Assembly (NCBI RefSeq): GCF_009834535.1
Contig: NC_045713.1
Span: forward strand, 34,534,001-34,598,000
Source of the DNA: Camelus ferus
Lineage: Eukaryota
Length of the DNA stretch: 64,000 nucleotides
Reading direction: 5' to 3'
Position numbers and translations under genes: made by a program. Below the pieces are notes generated by a model. The model had not been told where the DNA came from. It saw only the letters and a list, made by a program, of their open reading frames with translations, and ran no database searches. This document shows, in pieces, positions 1 through 13,427 of the stretch (positions within the stretch are counted from its first letter, which is position 1; each line of letters begins with the position of its first letter).

Positions 1-800
1 CTGACCCCAGATGCCAATAGTCCTGAGGCTGTGAAACTTTGAGAAGCGGTCATGAGAGAAAGTCTTTCCGAGGAGGAGAGTATATATCAGCTGGGAACTC
101 AGGGAAGAGGAGGAAGCGGTCTTGAGACTAGCTGACTCTAGAGCACTTTGGCATTTGCGGAGAACATCACCTGTAAAACCCCAAGGGGGGAGAGGGCTTT
201 GTGCCCTGAAGGATCAAAAAAAGAGGCCAGGTGGCTGGAAAACAGTGAGGAGGAAGATAATCTTTGCATTAGCCGAGATTAGAGGAGAAGTTAGCAGCCG
301 GCTCATGCAAGATCTTAAAGAGTCTGTCTTTTATTCTAAGAATACTGGGAAGCCATCGAAGGCAATGAAACACCTGTTCAGGTTTACATTTCAGGTTTTA
401 AAAAGCTCATGCCGGCTGCCACGTCGATTGGAGAGGGGCGAGGGGAGGGAGCTGTAGCAGTAATCTGTACCTGAGATGGTGACACCCAGAGTTTTATCGA
501 TAGGGGTGGAGAGAAAGGAACAGAGTAGAGACACGTTTTGGAAGCAGAACAGATGGCACTTAAGAGACATTGGATCCTAGGGGAGGGGAAAAGAGAAAGA
601 GAAATAGAGAACTACTGCTAGGTTTTTGCTTGAGGCACTGAGTGGGTGGCGGTGTGTTAATTGAGTTGGAAAGACAGCAGAAGGAGCAGGTTGGGGTGAT
701 GGGAACTGAGGGGATTTGGAGCGCTTACAGGTTTGAAATGCCGATTCTTCATCCAGGTGAAGATACAGGTTCCCAGTTCGATAATGGAGTTTGGAGCTAC
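1..800 (-). mobile_element. LINE-2 fragment
   Basis: Resembles reverse L2 consensus (gtttgaaatgcc...catccaggtgaagat). Confidence 0.6.
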
Positions 801-1329
801 GGGGGGGTGGGGGGGGGTCAGGGTTGGATAAGTATGTTTTACTACCGTTATGCATTATAACCAATTTGATGGTCTAATTCTTTCTTGCTGAAGTCCTCCT
901 TCATAGCATCCTGCATGCACATGTCTGAAGTCTCGGGGAGGCATTTTCTCAGAATCACTGCCAAGCCTAACACTGTAATATTTTTAAAGTGTCACATCCT
1001 CCATGCCCTTCTTTGAATAGAGTCACAATTTTAATTAAGTTTCTACTTCCAACCTCAAGTAAAGGGAAAAAAAAATACCCTAAGGAAATGATCCCTGCCT
1101 GCAGAGCACTGGAATTTTCAGTGGCTGCCCTCTCTGCTTCCTTCTCTTCTTCTTTTTTGGTCTTGGACTTGCCAAGAGTATTTTCATTCTCAGGTCCTGA
1201 TTGGCTTTGGAAATGGGAGCCTTGTGAGAGAGAACATTTAGGAAGCGCTGTGCCTCAGAATGGAGTCTTCACAAACTACAGGATCCATAGAGTGAAATGC
1301 AGCAGAAGGATCACCAGATTAGAGGAAAA

Positions 1330-1510
1330 TACTGTAAGGAACTGACTCAGGAGACCCGCGTCCTCACCTTGGTTTGGCCACATGTCCGCTGTGGGACCTT
1401 GGGCAGGCACTCGGCTTCCTGGTCTTTATGAAAATGGGAGATACTAACTCTTACCTCATCTGAGGCTTTCTGAAAATTGGATGAGATAATGCATCTAAGG
1501 TCTGAAAAGG
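1330..1510 (+). mobile_element. MIR SINE
   Basis: gctgtgggaccttgggcagg...aaaatgggagatact...gagataatgcat core. Confidence 0.65.
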
Positions 1511-1529
1511 GTTATGCTCATTGTACATA

Positions 1530-2280
1530 ATCCGTCACTTCTCACCACCTGCATGGACACCACCCTCGCCCCAGCCCCCATCCTGTATCACCCCCATGGC
1601 TGCAGTAGCCTCCTGGATCTCCCCCTGTTTCTGTCCCGCCCCCTCACAGTCTATTCTTAACACAACAGCCAGAGTGATGTTATACACATGTAAGTCACAT
1701 CATGTCACTTCTCCTCAAAACCCTCCCACAGCTTCACATCCCACTCTCAGTGAAATCCAGGGCTCCCCATATGCCACTCCCCACATTTCCTGTCTGATTT
1801 TATCCCCTAGCCACACCCCTGCTCAATCCACTTCAGCCACACAGTCTGGATATTCCTGGAACACCCCAGGGAGACTCCCACCCCTGGGCTTTTGCACCTG
1901 CTGTTTCTTCTGGCTGGAAAGCCCTTCTGTCAGATAGCCACATGCTTCTCCCCTCATTCCTGTCAGATCTTTATTCAGATGCCTCCTTCTCAGGGATGCT
2001 CTGCCTAATCACCTTAACTGACACAGAGTGCCCCCGCCCCACTCCCCCCTCCACCAACATATTCCATATCATCCTCCCGTGCTTTAATTCACAGTCTTAT
2101 ATACCAAACGTTTTCTTTATTTCTTCTGTGCATTGTCTGTCTTCACCCAGAGGAAAGCAGGGTTGAGTGAGTAGAAATTTGGGGGGGGGGTCTGTTTTAT
2201 TCACTGTGGTATTCCTGGTACCCAGAACGAGGCCTGGCATATGGCAGTGATAAATATATCGTTATTGTTAGAAGAAGAGA
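1530..2280 (+). mobile_element. LINE-2 (L2a-like) 3' portion
   Basis: cagccagagtgat...catgtcacttctcc and terminal ttcactgtggtattcctggtacccagaacgaggcctggcat. Confidence 0.75.
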
Positions 2281-2494
2281 CAGATAAAGAAATGGAAACA
2301 TGAAGATGAAAATAATTCACCTCAAGTTACAGATCTAGTACGCGGCAGAGCAGAATTAGAAGCCAGGCAGTTTAACGTGAGAGGAGACGGCGTTACCATC
2401 TAGATTCCTGCATTTCCCCAACTCACAATTTTAGGTGGCAATGTTGTGCCTGTTCTCCTAGGTAGATTGAGACGCAAAAGAAATGTATGCACTC

Positions 2495-2872
2495 ATCTTA
2501 GTCCGTTCAGGCTGCTGTAACACTACTATAGACTGGGGGCTTACAAACCACAGAAATTCACTTCTCACTGCGCTAGAGGCTGGGAGGTGAAAATTGGACT
2601 CAAGATCAAGGCACTTGGCAGATTTGGTGTCTGGTGTCTGGTGTCTGGTGAGAGCTCACTTCCTGGTTCAGAGATGGCCGTCTTCTCCCTACGGCCTCAC
2701 ATGGAAAAGGGAACTCTCTGGGGTCCCTTTTGTAAAGGCATGAATCCCATTCACAAGGGCTCCACCCTCATGGCCTTATCACCTCCCAAGACCCCACCTC
2801 CTAGTACCATCCCATTGGAAGTTAGGCTTCAACATATGAATCTTGAGGGCACACAGTCATCCAGCCTATAGC
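2495..2872 (-). mobile_element. MLT1A/A0-like MaLR LTR
   Basis: ttagtccgttcaggctgctgtaac...ggcttacaaaccacagaaattcacttctcac...catccagcctatagca. Confidence 0.8.
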
Positions 2873-3439
2873 AGCAACTTCCCCTCTGCAAGTGCAAACT
2901 CCCAGACGGACGTATCCAGGAATCCAAGGAGGCTGTGTGAGGAGGTGCTGTTCACGGACACCTCTTGTGCCTGGACTGGCACCTCTTTGGCTCACCTGGT
3001 TTCAGGTATGGAAAGCTGTGTGCACTCTCCAGGTGTCTCACCTGGACAAACTCTAAGTTTCTCCTCCCTCTTCTAGCCCTGGCTTTCTCTGATCAGGGGG
3101 CTCAGCACCTGCACGGAAGTGATCTGCACATGGCAGGTAGTGTCCCTGGGCTCCTGCCCTCAACCAACAGGCGTCGGTGGAGAAATGCCCCAGGTCCAGG
3201 TCCACCCCTCCTGGGGTGAATCTAACGCACAGGCTACACGGGTCCGAGGAGGGTCTTTGCAGGACTGTGCCCTGCTTGCCCATCGTGGCAACAGCTCCAC
3301 CTACACGCTGCTGGCGTCCCTCCTTCTCCATCTCACTCTCTCCCCTCTCTTCTCCTGGCTCCAGTGTCACCTCCCAAGCATATGTCCTGCATCCATGTCC
3401 GTGTCTCAGGCTCTGCTTTCAGGGAAACCCAAACTAAGA

Positions 3440-3660
3440 GGATACCTGCTAGGGAGCTGAAAGCAGACAGAACAGGGTTCAAATCCCAGTTCTGCCATTT
3501 GCCCCGGTGCCCCTGGGCGTGGTCCTTAACTTCCTGGCGCCTCCCCAGCAAGTGGAGATACTAATGTGCACCCTGCCTGCTTGTCAGGGGGAGGAAGGGA
3601 TGCATGTAGTTGACTATCCTGGTGCCTGGAACAGCGTAGGCTATTAAAGCACGGAAGCTG
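3440..3660 (+). mobile_element. MIR SINE
   Basis: gggttcaaatcccagttctgccatttg core. Confidence 0.6.
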
Positions 3661-3974
3661 ACATTACGATATGACTAAACATATCTTTATTACCCATCTT
3701 TGTCATTCAAGGTGAGAGATGAGGATAAGGAAAGGGCAGGAAGGAGATATGTCCTGAGGGAGGAGGATGAGGGACCCTAGAGTCCTCCTGCTCCTGCCAC
3801 GGTTTTTTTTAGGGGGTGCCCTGTTCCTTTCCCTGGTGACTGAAGTTCTCAGCAATCCTTTAGTATCTCCACTTCTGACATACTCCATCAACTCAGTGTA
3901 TTAATGTAGCTTGTATTTATAACTAACAAAAACACGGAGTTTTCAATGCAGCAGAAATCAGTGCAACTTCTTTA

Positions 3975-4110
3975 TATCGTCGTATGTTCTTTGTCCCTAT
4001 TTCACAGATGAGGAATGTGAAGCCCAGAGGGGTTGGCCAACCTTTCCAAGGGCACACAGCTAGGAAAGAGCAAAGCTGGATTTGGATCTCGCTGGTCGCC
4101 ATGTTGCCTC
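3975..4110 (-). mobile_element. MIR SINE
   Basis: cctatttcacagatgaggaatgtgaagcccagagg...ggatttggatc. Confidence 0.65.
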
Positions 4111-4799
4111 TTTGTACAAGGTCAGCTGAGCCTAAGAAGTGATCGGCTGCCATCTCAGGGACTAGGAGAAAAGACAGCCCATCATTTCCTTATTTGGTAA
4201 TAAAAGATGCCTTCAGCATAAATAGGTGTTCAAAAAGCCCCAGCCTTCTCTTGTCTCTGCAGATTCTTACAAAGCCTGGGATGCTATTCTGCACTAAGAT
4301 ATCTATCTGTGCTCAGACACTCTGGCCTCCAATGTCTTCCCCTTGGCTAGCTGAGTCTTCCTGGAAGTAAAACTATATTCCTGTTGGAGAGAAGACCGTA
4401 GTTTTATAGAAGCGGAAAGGCACGGAACCGTGGAGCTTAAGTTATCAGGCTGCGAAGGCCCCCGCCGTCAGGCAGGGGGAGAGAGCGCGCCAGATGGAAG
4501 GGGCCCACTTCCAGGAGCTCTTGAGGCCTCTTCTTGTCAATGTCGACTTACACGATAGATTTGAAGTGGAAAATGGGAATTTGAAAATTATAGACAAAGA
4601 ATGGCAATTAGTTGAACTAAAGCAAAAAGATGGGATTACAAAACCCCCAACATTTGGCTAAGTCAGTCAGTGTTGGGAACAATTTTACCAGGAAGGAAAA
4701 ATAAAGTCTAGTTTAGAGGCATCGTGGAACATGGTATGTCTTCTTTGCTGCAAGCTTACGGCTGCGTTAGGGCCAGAGCTGTACTGAGACGGATTGGAG

Positions 4800-5030
4800 G
4801 CACCGTGTGGGGGTGAGGGAGGCAGGATGTGGAGTCAAATGGCCTGAGTTCAAATCCAGGCTCTTCCCGGTTGTGCAGTCTTAAGCGGGTGTTGAATCCT
4901 CTCTAAACCTCAGTTTCTGCATCTGGTAAGTGGACTTTTCATAGGTTTATGCTGAGGATGCGATGAGCTCCTCGTCTCATTAGCACAGCACCAGGCACCT
5001 GGTAAACTCTCAGCACGTGGTAACTGTTAT
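4800..5030 (+). mobile_element. MIR SINE
   Basis: gagttcaaatccaggctc...cctcagtttctgcatctg...cacagcaccaggcac. Confidence 0.7.
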
Positions 5031-5299
5031 GACGGCAAATTTATAAAATGGGTGAAACACCTTGTACCTCGTTTCAAAGGTGTAGACCCATGGCACGGAT
5101 GACTGGGGTCTGGCTCTCTGATGTGACTTTGAAAAGTTGGACGACAAACTGAAGAAACAATAAACAACAGTGATAAGAACCACCTCAAAAATAAATTTGA
5201 ACCGGAGGCCATCTGAATTTACTAATTGTTTTTCCTGCTGAAGATGTGTACCCGCATAACTGTTCTGAATACTGATCTTGGCTTCAGATAAACAAGGCT

Positions 5300-5470
5300 T
5301 TAATTTTTACTTTGTTTACTAACCTTGGGCAGCTACTTAATCACTCTGAAACTTAAGTTTTCTTATCTGTAAATTGAAGGTAACAGTAATACCAAACTCA
5401 TGAGGGTTTTTTGAGGATTCATGGAGATAACGTACAGAAAGTACTTTGTACAACAATCAATGACTTTGAT
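5300..5470 (+). mobile_element. MIR SINE
   Basis: ccttgggcagctacttaatcactctg...cttatctgtaaattgaagg. Confidence 0.6.
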
Positions 5471-6871
5471 CAGTGATTATTATAAGCATGTATATGCGCA
5501 TGTGTTCATAAAAGCTTATAGCATGTAAAATTTTTTTTATTCAAAAGAATCAATTTTGCTGGTTCTTCTGAATGTCTGGATAAAAATCAATAAACTAATT
5601 CCAGTTGATTGTCAGTGTCTGTTTGGGTTACAGTGGTGTTGGGGAAGAGACTGAGGTCACATTTGGGCTCAGTGGGAGAGTGCCCTGATCGATTAGTAAT
5701 GTCTGCCACTGGCATGGAAATGGAGACTGGCAATTTTTTTTTAATCCCAGATTGGTTTTATGGAATCGAGATTGTGGCTTTCTATTCATTTGCACTAAGG
5801 AAAATTGTACCATCTTGGAGGCTGCGATATTATTTTCTTCCAATATCTCTCAGGAAGAATGCGGTTATTCTACCAACACTTACTGAGTGCTGCATATCCT
5901 AGGTGCCAGAGTTATAGAATTGAATAAGACATCACTCCTTGTCTGTAAAGAGCTCAGAGTCTGATGGAGGAGACATACAAGAACTTTTGCTGGGGAGGTA
6001 AGTGGTCCCACCAAGGACCTGATTAGAGGAAAAGCTGTGACTCATGGAGGATGGAGCAGTTCACTCTGTGTGAAGCCGACTGGGACAAGAACAGGTGTTG
6101 GAAACGGGATTGGAATTGGGGCTTGAAAAACCTCACGGGAGTTGCCCTGGGATAAGGCGGGAAGGGCACAGGAGTGTGAGAGAGCAAGGTAGAAGGATGC
6201 CTGCTGGTTGGGGTGTGGCTGCAGCTGGAAAGGGGGTGAAGCCCTCTTAGAAAGAGAGTGAGGCCACTTGCAGAGACCCTGCGTTCTGGACCAGGGCAGC
6301 TGCGCCCTGCGCCTTATTTGATGCGCTCCAGGAGCCTCCAGCGAGCAGGGTGGATCCCACAAGTTCTCTGGATGCTCTACTTCTTCCTCTCCCTCCTATC
6401 ATTTCCGATATGACTCTAACCTTCTCTCTCTCTGTTCCTACTTTTCCATCGCCGCCTCTCCCTCCCTCTTCCCACGTCTCAGTCTGCCCCTCTCTCTCTC
6501 TGTTTCTTTGTCTCAGGCTGTGTGTTTCAGATCTCTTTCTCCCTCTGACAAGTCCTCCTTTGGCTCCCTGTTGTGTCATTTTCCTTAGCAGGTGGGATTC
6601 TCTGGCATTTCTAAGTCTATTTTAAACACTTTGTAAGGCTTGATTTAAAGGAAAATCTGATTTTCACGGTTAGTGCATGGGTGCCTCTGGGGACTCTTAG
6701 TTTGATTATGTCCTAGGAAGTTTGGGACACAGCTCAGGCTCTGGGAGCCCTGCGAGGGGTGGGCCAGTGGGCCTTCAGCTGCTTCCTCCTGGACCACGGA
6801 GGGCTCTCTGGGGCCCAGGAGCCCCTAGGCTCATCATGGCAGAGTACCAGCCTTGCGTTCGCTCCTCAAAT

Positions 6872-7002
6872 NNNNNNNNNNNNNNNNNNNNNNNNNNNNN
6901 NNNNNNNNNNNNNNNNNNNNNNNNNNNNNNNNNNNNNNNNNNNNNNNNNNNNNNNNNNNNNNNNNNNNNNNNNNNNNNNNNNNNNNNNNNNNNNNNNNNN
7001 NN
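6872..7002. other. Assembly gap (131 N)
   Basis: Run of N. Confidence 1.
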
Positions 7003-7824
7003 ACAGAGTGACCAGGGTGCAGTGCGGGCATCATTTAGAATGCTCCTTCTGCCACAAAGCGCTCTCATTTCCACTTGGCAGTCAGAGCTGCCCCTCCCCT
7101 GTGCTCCTACAGAACCCGCAGAGACTTCTGCCGTGTTTCCAATGGGCCTTTTTCGTCTTCGAGTCTAACGATCCCTGTCCTTGTCATTCTTCCATTAGAC
7201 CGAATAGCACCCCAGGACTTGCCGTGGAAGAATAAGTAAACAAAAGGAACGTTCCAGGCCAGTAAGTGGAGTGAGGCCATTGTGGGCCACGCACACGAAC
7301 GCTCCCTCCCCCAGTTCAGCATCTCATGCTGCTGTAAAAAGCAGTACTTTGTATCAGCAGGTCACGATTCTGACCTTGCCTGGCACGAGTGTGCTGCTCT
7401 GGGAGCCTTTGACGCCTTAGACTAGCCCCACGTGCAGGAGATTCGACAGTCCCTCAGCGGACTTCCGATGAGCAAGGGGTCAGTGTAATTTCCTCTGTTT
7501 TTTTATTTATTTTACTGATCTCATCATGCTCAATGTCCCCACCCCTGGGGTGCCTGGGACAGGAGTACCAGAGATACTGGCTTCACATCACTTTTTCAAG
7601 CTCACTTAGTCTTGGCAAAGCATCAGTCAACAGTCACAGCCCTCCTCCCTCCAGGGCGCTTCCTCTCCACCTCTTAAAGAGGGTGTCTGACTTCATGAAG
7701 AAGGTCAGGTGCTTCACAGCCAAGGAGAAGCGGTCCACTCTCCTTTCTGACCTCCACTGTGGGATTCTGGGTCTTGTCTTGACCCTCGGTGTCCTGTGTT
7801 GGCGTCCACTGCAGAGCGAACACC

Positions 7825-8285
7825 GTGATGGTTAATTTTAAGTCTCAAGTTGACTAGGCTAAGGGATGCCCAGATAGCTGGTCAGATTTTTGCCTGGGTG
7901 CATCTGTAAGAGTGCTTCTGGGAGAAGTTAGCGTTTGAATTGACACACTGAGGAAGGAGACCCACCCTCACCAACACGAATGAGCATCATCCAATCCACT
8001 GAGGGTGTGAATAGAAGTAAAAGACAGATGCAAGGGGATTTGATCTCTCTGCTTGAGCTGGGACATCCTTCTTGTACCCTTAGACATGGGTGCCCCTGGT
8101 TCTTGGGTCTTCAGACTTGAACTGAGACTTACGCCATCAGTTTCCTTGAATCTCAGGCCTTTGGACACAGATTGAACTACACCGCCAGCTTTCCTGGTTC
8201 TCCAGCTTGCAGACTGCAGACAGTGGGATTTCTCAGCCTCCATAATCACATGCGTCAATTCCCATAGGAAATCCATCTATCAGCG
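7825..8285 (+). mobile_element. MLT2-family ERVL LTR
   Basis: gtgatggttaattttaagtctcaagttgactaggc start; ctcagcctccataatcacatgcgtcaattccc end region. Confidence 0.8.
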
Positions 8286-10143
8286 GAGAGAGAGAGAGAG
8301 ACCATTATCTCACGATGGGCATTGAGAACCTATTTTGGGAGTCAAAAGCTAAACATTGCTCCTTTCTCTTTGTGCTTCCACCATAACCATCCATCCCGAC
8401 TTCCCAAGGCGATGGGTGCTCTGGCTGAGGAGCGAGGACATTGTAGTTCTATCTGGGGCGGTGCCTAGAACAGAGTAGCTGATCTATACACATGATCCCT
8501 TCCAGTCACAGCAGAGGATGTGAGACGGAGGGTTTCAGCATCTACAAACTTTGATCAGTCATGAAACCCATCCAAATGGCATGAGTTATCCGTCTCCTCT
8601 GTGGTGGGAAATGAGTTCTGTCTTAGAGACTAAAGCCTAGATCTTGAGAAAAGGACCGCAAGCCAGGACATCACGCAGGTGCAGCCAAGCTGCTCTGGGA
8701 CTCCAGGGCAGCTGGCTTCTGAGTGATGCATTCTCATCCTGCCTTTATTTGACATTCAGCTGCTCATTTGGGAAATCTCCTTTCCTTGCCATGACTGCAG
8801 CCAGCATACAGCATTTGTCTCTCTTTGATGATCACTCCTTAGACTCCCGTTTCTAATTCCTGCTTCCTGGAAGCAGAGCCAGCAGGCATCTCTCATGGTT
8901 TCTCGATTCTCCAGCTGGAACTTCTAAAGGGCACGGTGAGCCCACTTCCTTTTCCGCTGCCTTCTAACCCTCTGCTGCGTTCGCAGCTCATGAATGAACA
9001 AGCAGCGGCGCTTCCGTGACTGCGTGGGCGCCCCACTGTCACTGGGCACTCACCATCCCCGGAGAGCAGGCGTTCCGAGAAGCCCGGATGAGCTGGGGGT
9101 GCTGAGGCAGACGCTGGGCTTGGCGCTGGGAGCTTCAGCCCAGAACATTGAGCTGAACCATCTGAGGCTCCTCCGGGAAACAGGTTGTGCAGATCTCTCT
9201 TCCCCCTCTCCGGGCTCATGCATATTCATTAGTAGAGCAACTCCAGGCTGAAGATAATGATTCAGGCAGGAAGTGCTGTTCTGAACATTATTATCTGGGA
9301 GTGACAAATGAATTTCTAATTCAACATGTGTATTGGGCAAATAGATCACAAGAACTTTAAAGTCAAAAGCATCCTTTGGAGTCATGCAACTTCTGTTTTA
9401 ATACAGCGTAAAATGAGAGAGGAAGAAATCTCCCCACTGGTGGGCTGTGCATAGCTGTTCCCTTCAAAGCACAGGAGAAATGAAAGGCGCTGAGATTTCC
9501 AACATTGCTTGAGTCTACAATAGAAGCCAATAATAATGACCAAGAATGAAATGACAATGACAAGAACCTAGAGCCCACTGTTGGCACGAGCTACACCATT
9601 GTCTCGAGTTTTCGCTCTGGGTTGAGCAGAATCCTTTTCTTTATTTTTTTTTCCCCCTGCTGACAACAAAAATGGAGTGGAGGCCAGATGGGTTCATGGG
9701 TTGGCCAACGAGAATCAGAGGGCAAAAAAAAAAAAAAAAAAATGCAAGGCAAGACTGAAGAGGGAGTGGGAGAATTGATTTGAGCTGCGTTTCAATGCCA
9801 GTTTGATGTTGATATGTTAATTTAGAGCATGATCATGTGAGAGCGACGCGATCTGCCCGTCTGCAGAGATCGGCCACTTCCAGCTTGTCCAAGCTGATGG
9901 TCACGCATCAAATGGCTACTGTCAAGCGGTGGCAGCTCTTTGAAGACTAAGTCTTAAGCCATTCCTTAAAGTTCTGTGTTCCTGTCATCACTGCCACCCC
10001 ACCCCCAATCCCTTTTCTTTTTAAGTACTAGAATAAACCCATCTCCTGTCCCCTCCCCCACACCATAGCATTCATCCGAAGCCCATGGAAAACCTGTATC
10101 TTGTAGAGCCTGGATGTCTACTCTTGGTTTTTCTTTTTTGAGC

Positions 10144-10385
10144 TAATAATGGCACTTTAGAATGTTTACTAGGTACCACGTACTGCGATAAAGCACATAC
10201 CTCCATGACCTCATTAAATTCTCACAATAATCAATAATGAAGGTGCTAATATCTCTAATTGACTGATGAGGGAACCGAGGCTCTGAGAGGCCCAGTGACT
10301 TGCCCAGGTTCATGCAGCCTATGATTGGCAGAGGCAGGAATAGGGACCAGGTCTGCTTGACTTCAGAGACCACCCTCTTTATTAC
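10144..10385 (-). mobile_element. MIR SINE, near full length
   Basis: taataatggc...gatgagggaaccgaggctctgagaggcccagtgacttgcccagg...gaccaggtctgcttgacttcagag. Confidence 0.75.
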
Positions 10386-11664
10386 CAAACTATATAGATC
10401 TAAGCTGGGGAGGGGTGCCTTTTTAAGGATGAGTGCACAAATCTTAACAAAGTGGAACCCTGGGGAAAGATCTACTTTAGACCTGGAGAATCAGGTCCCC
10501 TGGCCTCTTCCAACTGCCTCCCAGCCCCTGGGATGAAATGCTGATGGGGGCCAAGGAGATGTGCCCACCTGAGACCCACACTCCCTCTGCATCATGCTCT
10601 GGAGAACCAGGCTTGTGATCTCACAGCTCAAGCACAACAGGTCACCTGCCCCCAGAGAAACCAATTGCTGAGGCCAGGGGATGTGGGGCTCTGACTGGCC
10701 AGCTGAGTCACCTGCTTACTGTTGTTGTTGTGGGTGAAGGCACCACCATCTGAGCGATGTGGTCTGGGGGCAGGAGAAAGGTGGTCGTCCCTCTCAGCAC
10801 AACTGGGTTGCAGTGACCAGAAGGGGGAGAAAGATGCTGACAAGACAAAACCAAAAAATGTCCACCATGTTCGTTAAGCCTCACTGCCTCCCATCTTCTC
10901 TGGGCTCTGAAGGTTATAGGAGTGAGAATGACTTGAGGAGAGACACAGGGAATGGGAGAGGAGAGGGAAGGCTAGGAGGACCCTTTCAGAGAGCTTTGCT
11001 CAGAAGTGGAAACTGAGAACCAGAGAAGAACCAGAAGGATCGCCCTTCAATTCCTCAAATGAGAGACAGAACACATAGGAAGAAATGTTTTAAAAGCCCA
11101 GCCCTGATTCCCACACGCCGTCCCACACAGGCCAGTGGCCTTCAGTTTTTGTTCTGCAGGTACTGAGAGCCTGGGGAGGATTCCTTGGATCCTTTAGAAG
11201 GAACTGGAGAGTGGGAATCAGGAGAAAGGTCAGTGGGCAGAGCTCAGACCCCTCCTGGCTTCAACCAGAGCTTCCCACTTTTATCTCTTTTTTTCAGTGC
11301 ATTTCTGCCTAAGATCTGCTTGGGAAAAAGAAGTTCCTCTCTGCTAAATACTGAAGAACAAAGTCCTCTGTTTATCCCTGTCTCCCAGGTGCTTAGTGCA
11401 GTGCCTGGCACATGGTAGGCACTCCATAATTACTGCGCTGCCAAATGGATGGCTGGATGACAACAAGGGAAAAGCAATTGAATACAATTATGATGGGAAA
11501 ATCTTAAATTGTGGAAAGGGAGCTAAGGGCTTGGGGGCAGGTGGAGCACTGGCGATGCCCTTCATAAGGGCAGGACCACAGACAAAGACAGCTGACCCTT
11601 TGCCGCTCCCTTTTTGACTTAGACACAGCTCTCACTAAACAGGTAAAATGTTTGTGACGGGCCA

Positions 11665-11880
11665 CTGCTTAATAGTAACATCACTCGTTCAGCATTTACC
11701 TAGAGCCAGATATTTGTGTCTTATCTCACTTAAGTCTCATAATGGTCCCATGAGGGACAATTCATTATTTTGCTCACTTCACAGGCTGGAGACATTAAGT
11801 AACTTGGCCAAGAGCACGCCTCTAATAGCAAGGCCACCTTCCTGATTCCAAGTTCCCAGTACTTAAACGCCCTGCTATTT
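11665..11880 (-). mobile_element. MIR SINE
   Basis: cagcatttacctagagccaga...aagtaacttggccaagagcac. Confidence 0.6.
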
Positions 11881-12234
11881 GCTTACCACATCAGAGTGCA
11901 TGTATTTTGGTCCTGCAAAAATACCTCATGGTTTAGAGTTGAGGCAACGAAGTGAGAGGAGCATTGATAAGCTGAAGCATCTTAGATGGCCAGGACGAAA
12001 GGGATGGAGGGGTGGATGGAGAACTTTGGAGGGAGTGAGTCTCTTTATCAAGGAGAATAAAAAGACCTTTGGAGGAAGAGGAGACCCTTCCGATCTCTTG
12101 AGAGCCACTGGGAGAAAGAGGAGTAGATTCGTTCTGGGTAGTTCCAGGGGTAGAACTAGAAACATCACATCTTCATGTTGACAGAGTTCTGTGCAGTTTG
12201 GAGGACAGAATTGCTGTCTAGAGAAGAGCTTTGA

Positions 12235-12424
12235 GATCAGTGCTTTCTCAAATGTTTGTGCGCATGAGAACAACTTTGAGAGCTTGTTAGGACACAAATT
12301 CATGGGCCCCAGACCCGGAGGTTCTGATTCAGTAGGTCTGGGGTGGGTGCTGGCCATGTGCATGTCTAGTAACCTCCCAGATGCTGCCCTTTCTCCAGAC
12401 CACACTAGTAGAATTGCCCTGGAC
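12235..12424. mobile_element. MER5A-like hAT-Charlie MITE
   Basis: cagtgctttctcaaa...ggttctgattcagtaggtctggggtggg. Confidence 0.65.
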
Positions 12425-12605
12425 CAAGGAACAGCTGACTTTTTCTGGAAAGGGCCAGAGAGTATATATTTTAGGCTTTGTGGTCCAGACAGTCTGTGTT
12501 GCAGCTGCTCGACTCTGCCATTGCAGTGCAAAAGTAGTTATAGACAAATGGTAAAGAAATGAGCATGCGTTCCAATAAAACTTTATTTACAAACACAGGC
12601 GGCCA
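12425..12605. mobile_element. MER58A-like hAT-Charlie MITE
   Basis: aaagggccagagagtatatattttaggctttgtgg...gttccaataaaactttatttacaaa. Confidence 0.75.
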
Positions 12606-13427
12606 AGCCCTTCTGGTCAGTTAGGGTTCTTAGCTGACAGCAACAGAAATCATTGGGTAGTTTAATGAGATAAGGACTTCATTACCTCTTCCCCTTTGGG
12701 AGGCCACCACTGAGCCTGTCACCACCATGGGCCACTGCCTTGCCCAAGGTTACTGATGCTTTAAGAACAGCCAATGTCTCCTTGCTGCCAAGTTGTCTCT
12801 GATGCCCAGTCTGCATCATGATCTCAGTTGGAAGAAAGCAAAAGGAGTGTGTTCCATCTCAGCCCAAGTGGTGTCTGATGCACACGAGCAGCCTGCCTCT
12901 GATGCTGGAAGATGTCTATACACGTCTAACTCATAAACAATGAGGAGTGTTGGCAAGGCATCTGCATCTGGGTGAGCTCCGTCCTTCTGTGTCACTCATC
13001 TTGGCAAGACCTGCCATCTGTTAGAGCTGATAGGTCCAGACACATGTGCAAAGAACCCGGGAAAACTCGGGCCCCGTTAGCCACGTCATCAGGTCTGTGT
13101 GAAGTATATGACTGAACCCAACTCAGGACCAACCTCCAGTTCCCTGGAGGCCAGAAAATTCTTATCTCCGAGGAGTGAAACTTTACCAAATCTGTCTTAA
13201 CTATTAGTTTGAGTTCACGGGGGCTGAGTCACAGTTAATGGCATCAAAGATCATCCCAAACGTGGATGTTCGGATGTTGAATAAGAGCTGGGACCAGCTT
13301 CAAAGAATTCCTTGCACCAGCCTCATTCTGTTTCCACCCCTCAACCAGCTATATTGAACACATGCATACACATGTGTGCACACACGTGCACCTGCACACA
13401 TGTATGCACAGAGATTTTATTAAAGAA

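Noticed and set aside
801-823. G-run/G4 motif; also poly-G at 38306 and 53929
   Set aside because: Homopolymer runs with no supporting context, and prone to sequencing error.
4485-4500. CTCF-like GCGCCAGATGGAA
   Set aside because: Two mismatches to the core. It is equally explained by a CAGATG E-box occurring by chance.
6722-7235. ORFs spanning N runs (also at 13568, 18618 and 33511)
   Set aside because: Artefacts of translating through assembly gaps.
8880-9260. CpG-elevated block with an 85-aa ORF
   Set aside because: No recognisable protein, splice structure or repeat, and motif evidence too weak to call.
11926-12531. 201-aa minus-strand ORF
   Set aside because: It runs through MER5A- and MER58A-like repeats and has no protein similarity I recognise.
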